Part shown: positions 60,577-64,000 of the stretch, piece after piece
Numbering within the stretch: the stretch's first letter is position 1
Layout of the letters: each line of letters opens with the position of its first letter
The notes under the pieces: generated by a model
Told to the model about the DNA's origin: nothing
Databases searched by the model: none
The model's input: the letters and a program-made list of their open reading frames with translations, nothing else
Position numbers and translations under genes: made by a program
DNA from: an uncultured Gemmatimonadales bacterium
Lineage (GTDB): Bacteria > Gemmatimonadota > Gemmatimonadetes > Gemmatimonadales > GWC2-71-9
DNA length: 64,000 nucleotides
Direction of reading: 5' to 3'
Assembly: GCA_963842945.1 (NCBI GenBank)
Contig: CAWJIM010000021.1
Coordinates: 160,001-224,000 of the forward strand

Positions 60577-61422
60577 ATGGTCCTGCTACCGCTGCGCGCA
60601 GTCCGCCTGCCCAAGGCTACCGAACAGTTTTACGACGGCTGGCTGGCCGATCTCGAGGAACAGCTGTCGCAGCCGAAGGCTGACTGGCACCGGATCACCC
60701 GCGAGCTGCTGTTCCAGATCACCTACCCGGGCGCTCAGGATTATGAAGGAATGCTGCAGGACCCCAAGACCCCGGAGGCGAGCCGGGTGGCCCTGCTCTC
60801 CCTGGATCCTCGAAACATTACCCTCGAGCCGGAGTATTACGCCGAAGTTGACGCCGAGCGGTACGCCCGAGTGAAACCACTGATCTGGCTCTGGCAGAGC
60901 TTCGATCGCTCCCCGCTGGGGGGCGGGAACGTGCATCTCGGAGTTCGGCTCCGCCGAGTTCTCGCCCGACACATCTTTGCCCGGGTGGGCCGCAACTTCA
61001 AAGCGTTTCAGTTCGTGGAGTTTTCCTTCGGCTACAACCTGGAGGTGGGCGACGATGTGGTGGTCCACCGGAACGTGCTGCTGGACGATCGCGGGGGAAT
61101 TACCCTGGGCAACCGGGTGAGCATCTCCGACTACGCCAACATCTACAGCCACACCCACAGCATCGTGGACCAGAAGGATGTCACCAACGCACGAACTGTT
61201 CTCGAAGACGACGTTCGAATCACCTATCACGCCACAGTACTCGCGGGAGTTCGCGTCGGTCGAAACGCCATGGTAGGGGCCAATGCGGTCGCGACCAAGG
61301 ACGTGCGGCCCTATCACGTGAACGTGGGCATTCCTGCCAAGTCGATTCGAATCAAGCCGAACGCGCCACCGGAGGCCTACGTGACCGAGCGCGTGGTTCG
61401 AAGCCAAGCCCGGGAGCCCTGA
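60577..61422 (+). CDS. Hexapeptide-repeat acyltransferase with N-terminal helical extension
   Basis: VGDDVV, LGNRVSI, VGRNAMVGANAV and GIPAK left-handed beta-helix pattern. Confidence 0.85.
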   Translation: MVLLPLRAVRLPKATEQFYDGWLADLEEQLSQPKADWHRITRELLFQITYPGAQDYEGMLQDPKTPEASRVALLSLDPRNITLEPEYYAEVDAERYARVKPLIWLWQSFDRSPLGGGNVHLGVRLRRVLARHIFARVGRNFKAFQFVEFSFGYNLEVGDDVVVHRNVLLDDRGGITLGNRVSISDYANIYSHTHSIVDQKDVTNARTVLEDDVRITYHATVLAGVRVGRNAMVGANAVATKDVRPYHVNVGIPAKSIRIKPNAPPEAYVTERVVRSQAREP

Positions 61423-61456
61423 GCTGGCGCGCCGTCAGGCTCCTTCTCCCCTCTCG

Positions 61457-63775
61457 ATGGCGGCTGTTGCCGCCCTGGCCGCAGTGGTGTCCATCATTGC
61501 GGTGATCCTGACGACCCACGGACTGCCTCGGCTCCCAGTTACCCTGCTGCTCTTCTTTACCCTGGCGCTGGTGGCTGCATCGCACCTGCGCCGCGACTGG
61601 GAGATTCCGCTCCACCTCGTCTCTACCGTCCTCCTCGGGGCCATCGCCTGGTGGGCGGAGGAACGCGTCTGGTGGATCTCGCTGCTCGCCTTGTCCAGCG
61701 TGCTGGGGACCTTCTGGGTCGCGTTGCTCCGAGCCCGGCGGCGCTCCGTTGATGCGGAGGCCAAAGCCGATCAGCTGGCGGTGCAGGTCGACCGCCGCAT
61801 CAGCGAGCTGTTTTCGCTGCAGGAGCTGAGCTATGTCCTGTCGGAGTCGATTCAGCTCGACCGAGTGGTGGACCAGGTGGCGAAGTATGCCGCTCGGTTC
61901 CTCCAGACCGATGGAGCCATCGTGGTGGTCGTCGAGATGGACGGCAAGGTGCTTCGGGTGGTGGCCGGATCGGGGACGCTGGAATCGATGGTCGGCCAGG
62001 TCAGCGCGGACTCGGAGAGCGCACTGGTTCGGTTCGCCATCGGCCGCGACCGGATCGAGGTGGCCCAGGGAGAAGAGACCCCCACCGTGGACCTCATCGG
62101 CGGAGTGCTGGTGCGCTCCGCCGCCGTGGCGCCGCTCCGGGCTCAGGGCATCACGATGGGTGCCCTGGCCGTAGCCGACCGGCGCGGGGGCCCATTTACC
62201 ACCGAAGACCTCTGGCTGCTGTCTACCGTAGCGACCAACGCCTCAGTCGTCCTCGCCAACAGCCGCCTGTATGAGATGGTCCGCCGCGGCCAGGAGGAGT
62301 GGGAAACCGCCTTCAACGCCCTGGCTGAGGGCATTGCCGTCGTTGGGCCGACCGGCGCAATCCTCAGGGCCAACCGCGCTCTGGCCACCTTGGCGCAAGT
62401 GGCCGAGCCGGAGCTGGTAGGACGAAACTTTTCGGAGCTGTTTGCCGGAGCCGCGGAACCGGTATCCGGTATGATCCAGGCGGCCTATCGCGGAGAGAAA
62501 GGCGCTCCCCTGGTCGTCCGGCTGGACGAGAGTCATCAGGTGCTGAGGCTCACTGCAGCACCGTTGGCAGGGGTTGAGCCGGGCTCGGTGGTGATCCTCA
62601 TCGAAGACGTGACCGAGCAGCGTATGCTCGAGGCGCAAATCATTCAGAACGACAAGATGGCCTCGATCGGGCAGCTGGTCTCCGGCGTGGCCCATGAGCT
62701 GAACAATCCCCTCACCTCGATAGCCGGCCTGGCGGAGCTGTTGCTGGAGCGACCGGCCCACCCCGATCTCCCCCGGGAGCACCTCCGGGTCATCCACGAT
62801 CAAGCCGAGCGGGCCGGGCGAATCGTGCGTAATCTGTTGACCTTTGCCCGGAAGGGCGGAGTCAGCGAGAAAACGGCGGTGGACCTGAACGATGTGGTGA
62901 CCCGGACGTCGCTGCTGATCGTTTATGAGCTACAGCTGCATGGTATCGATCTGAATTCCGAGCTGAGCTCCGATCCGGTCATCGTTCTGGGAGACCGCTA
63001 CGAGCTGCAGCAGGTTTTGCTCAATCTGATCACCAATGCCGTGCAGGCAGTTACCGCACTCTCCGTCGAGCTGGGCCGGCGCATCACCCTGATCACCAGG
63101 CGGGAGGACGGAGAGGCAGTGCTGCGAGTGAGAGACAACGGTCCAGGAGTACCGCGGCATCTGGCGCCCTACCTCTTCACTCCATTCTTCACGACCAAGG
63201 CACCCGGAGAAGGTACCGGGTTGGGACTCTCGCTCAGCTACGGTCTGGTCAAGGCGCACGGCGGAGATCTCACCTACGAGCCGCCGGGTGACGAGGGCGC
63301 CGAGTTCCGGGTGAGCCTGCCCCTCTACGAAGCCGACCTGCCGGCCGAGGTTGCTGCCACAGGCACACAGAACGGCCAGTCACACCGTCGCATTCTCGTG
63401 GTCGACGAAGACCCGGCAGTGCACCGGCTGGTCCGCGCGCTGTTCGCCCCGGACGGGCACGCGGTGGAATCAGTGAGGTCCGGGGAACAGGCCCTCAGAT
63501 TGGCACAGGAGGGAGAATACGACATGATCATCGCAGATGTGCGGATGCCGGCCGGATCTGACGAACCGTTCGCCGACGTGTTGCTGCACACCTGCCCCCA
63601 CACTCGAAACCGGCTGGTCGTCGCCTGCCGCGGTGAAGAGGAGCTGCCCCCGCGCTTCACTGAACAATCGATCCACCGAGTCAGGAAGCCGTTCAACCCG
63701 CGGGACCTGCGGAGCGTGGCGAAAGAGATTCTCAGTAGCCTGCCGCGCTCGCCGGCTTCCAAGGGAGCACGCTGA
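61457..63775 (+). CDS. Hybrid sensor histidine kinase (TM, GAF, PAS, HisKA, HATPase, receiver)
   Basis: GVAHELNNPL, PFFTTK, GTGLGL and ILVVDED...ADVRMP...KPF motifs. Confidence 0.9.
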   Translation: MAAVAALAAVVSIIAVILTTHGLPRLPVTLLLFFTLALVAASHLRRDWEIPLHLVSTVLLGAIAWWAEERVWWISLLALSSVLGTFWVALLRARRRSVDAEAKADQLAVQVDRRISELFSLQELSYVLSESIQLDRVVDQVAKYAARFLQTDGAIVVVVEMDGKVLRVVAGSGTLESMVGQVSADSESALVRFAIGRDRIEVAQGEETPTVDLIGGVLVRSAAVAPLRAQGITMGALAVADRRGGPFTTEDLWLLSTVATNASVVLANSRLYEMVRRGQEEWETAFNALAEGIAVVGPTGAILRANRALATLAQVAEPELVGRNFSELFAGAAEPVSGMIQAAYRGEKGAPLVVRLDESHQVLRLTAAPLAGVEPGSVVILIEDVTEQRMLEAQIIQNDKMASIGQLVSGVAHELNNPLTSIAGLAELLLERPAHPDLPREHLRVIHDQAERAGRIVRNLLTFARKGGVSEKTAVDLNDVVTRTSLLIVYELQLHGIDLNSELSSDPVIVLGDRYELQQVLLNLITNAVQAVTALSVELGRRITLITRREDGEAVLRVRDNGPGVPRHLAPYLFTPFFTTKAPGEGTGLGLSLSYGLVKAHGGDLTYEPPGDEGAEFRVSLPLYEADLPAEVAATGTQNGQSHRRILVVDEDPAVHRLVRALFAPDGHAVESVRSGEQALRLAQEGEYDMIIADVRMPAGSDEPFADVLLHTCPHTRNRLVVACRGEEELPPRFTEQSIHRVRKPFNPRDLRSVAKEILSSLPRSPASKGAR

Positions 63776-64000
63776 TCCGGCCCTTCACCTTGGCCGTGGC
63801 GGTTGACGCATCCGCGGTTGCCCAATAATTCCCGCCTGCCGCCAAATCCGGAGCCTCGATGAACCAGCGTGACGCGCGAAGAAAGATGTTGCCGGTCACC
63901 TCGCTGGCGTGGCCGTCCCCGTCCACCACCAATCCGTCGCCTACCCCATCGAAGATGTTTCCCCGGATCTGGGCCCGGGTGGTGTGCTCCATCACGATGC
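63732..64000 (-). CDS. C-terminus of a parallel beta-helix-repeat protein (partial)
   Basis: IRGNIF and VTGNIF repeats; GNYW motif. Confidence 0.55.
   Translation of the reverse strand, partial: IVMEHTTRAQIRGNIFDGVGDGLVVDGDGHASEVTGNIFLRASRWFIEAPDLAAGGNYWATADASTATAKVKGRISVLPWKPASAAGY

Overview
High-GC bacterial chromosomal window. The gene set and protein style suggest a Gemmatimonadota-like organism (inference). Many single-base indels split genes, especially at 15-37 kb, and are most likely long-read assembly errors. Contents in order: pilD (partial), trmH and thiD; a purine-nucleoside salvage run (beta-grasp protein, add, nupC, PNP); and a large phosphate locus made of phoBR, a ppx-ppk1-sixA-CHAD-basic protein-NUDIX polyphosphate cluster, an ~11 kb accessory block, then porin-pstS-pstS-pstC-pstA-pstB-pstB-phoU. 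These are followed by ALDH and deoC, rhomboid, Gfo oxidoreductase, dnaK, degP, a DPP-III-like peptidase, tRNA-Leu(TAG), a sigma54-centred islet, tig-clpP-clpX-engB and a hybrid histidine kinase. The most notable signals are non-coding. (1) A complete leader-peptide attenuator (promoter, 30-codon uORF, antiterminator over its stop codon, U-tract terminator) sits upstream of a sigma54 activator whose likely target operon has a consensus -24/-12 promoter and two palindromic sites. (2) A recurring 11/22-bp-periodic YYGTKAC motif marks four Pho-locus promoter regions. (3) A ~305-bp nested inverted repeat lies between nupC and PNP. (4) Paired inverted heptamer/octamer arrays enter coding linkers. 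(5) There is repeated evidence of leaderless initiation. No CRISPR array, integrase, transposase or rRNA was seen.
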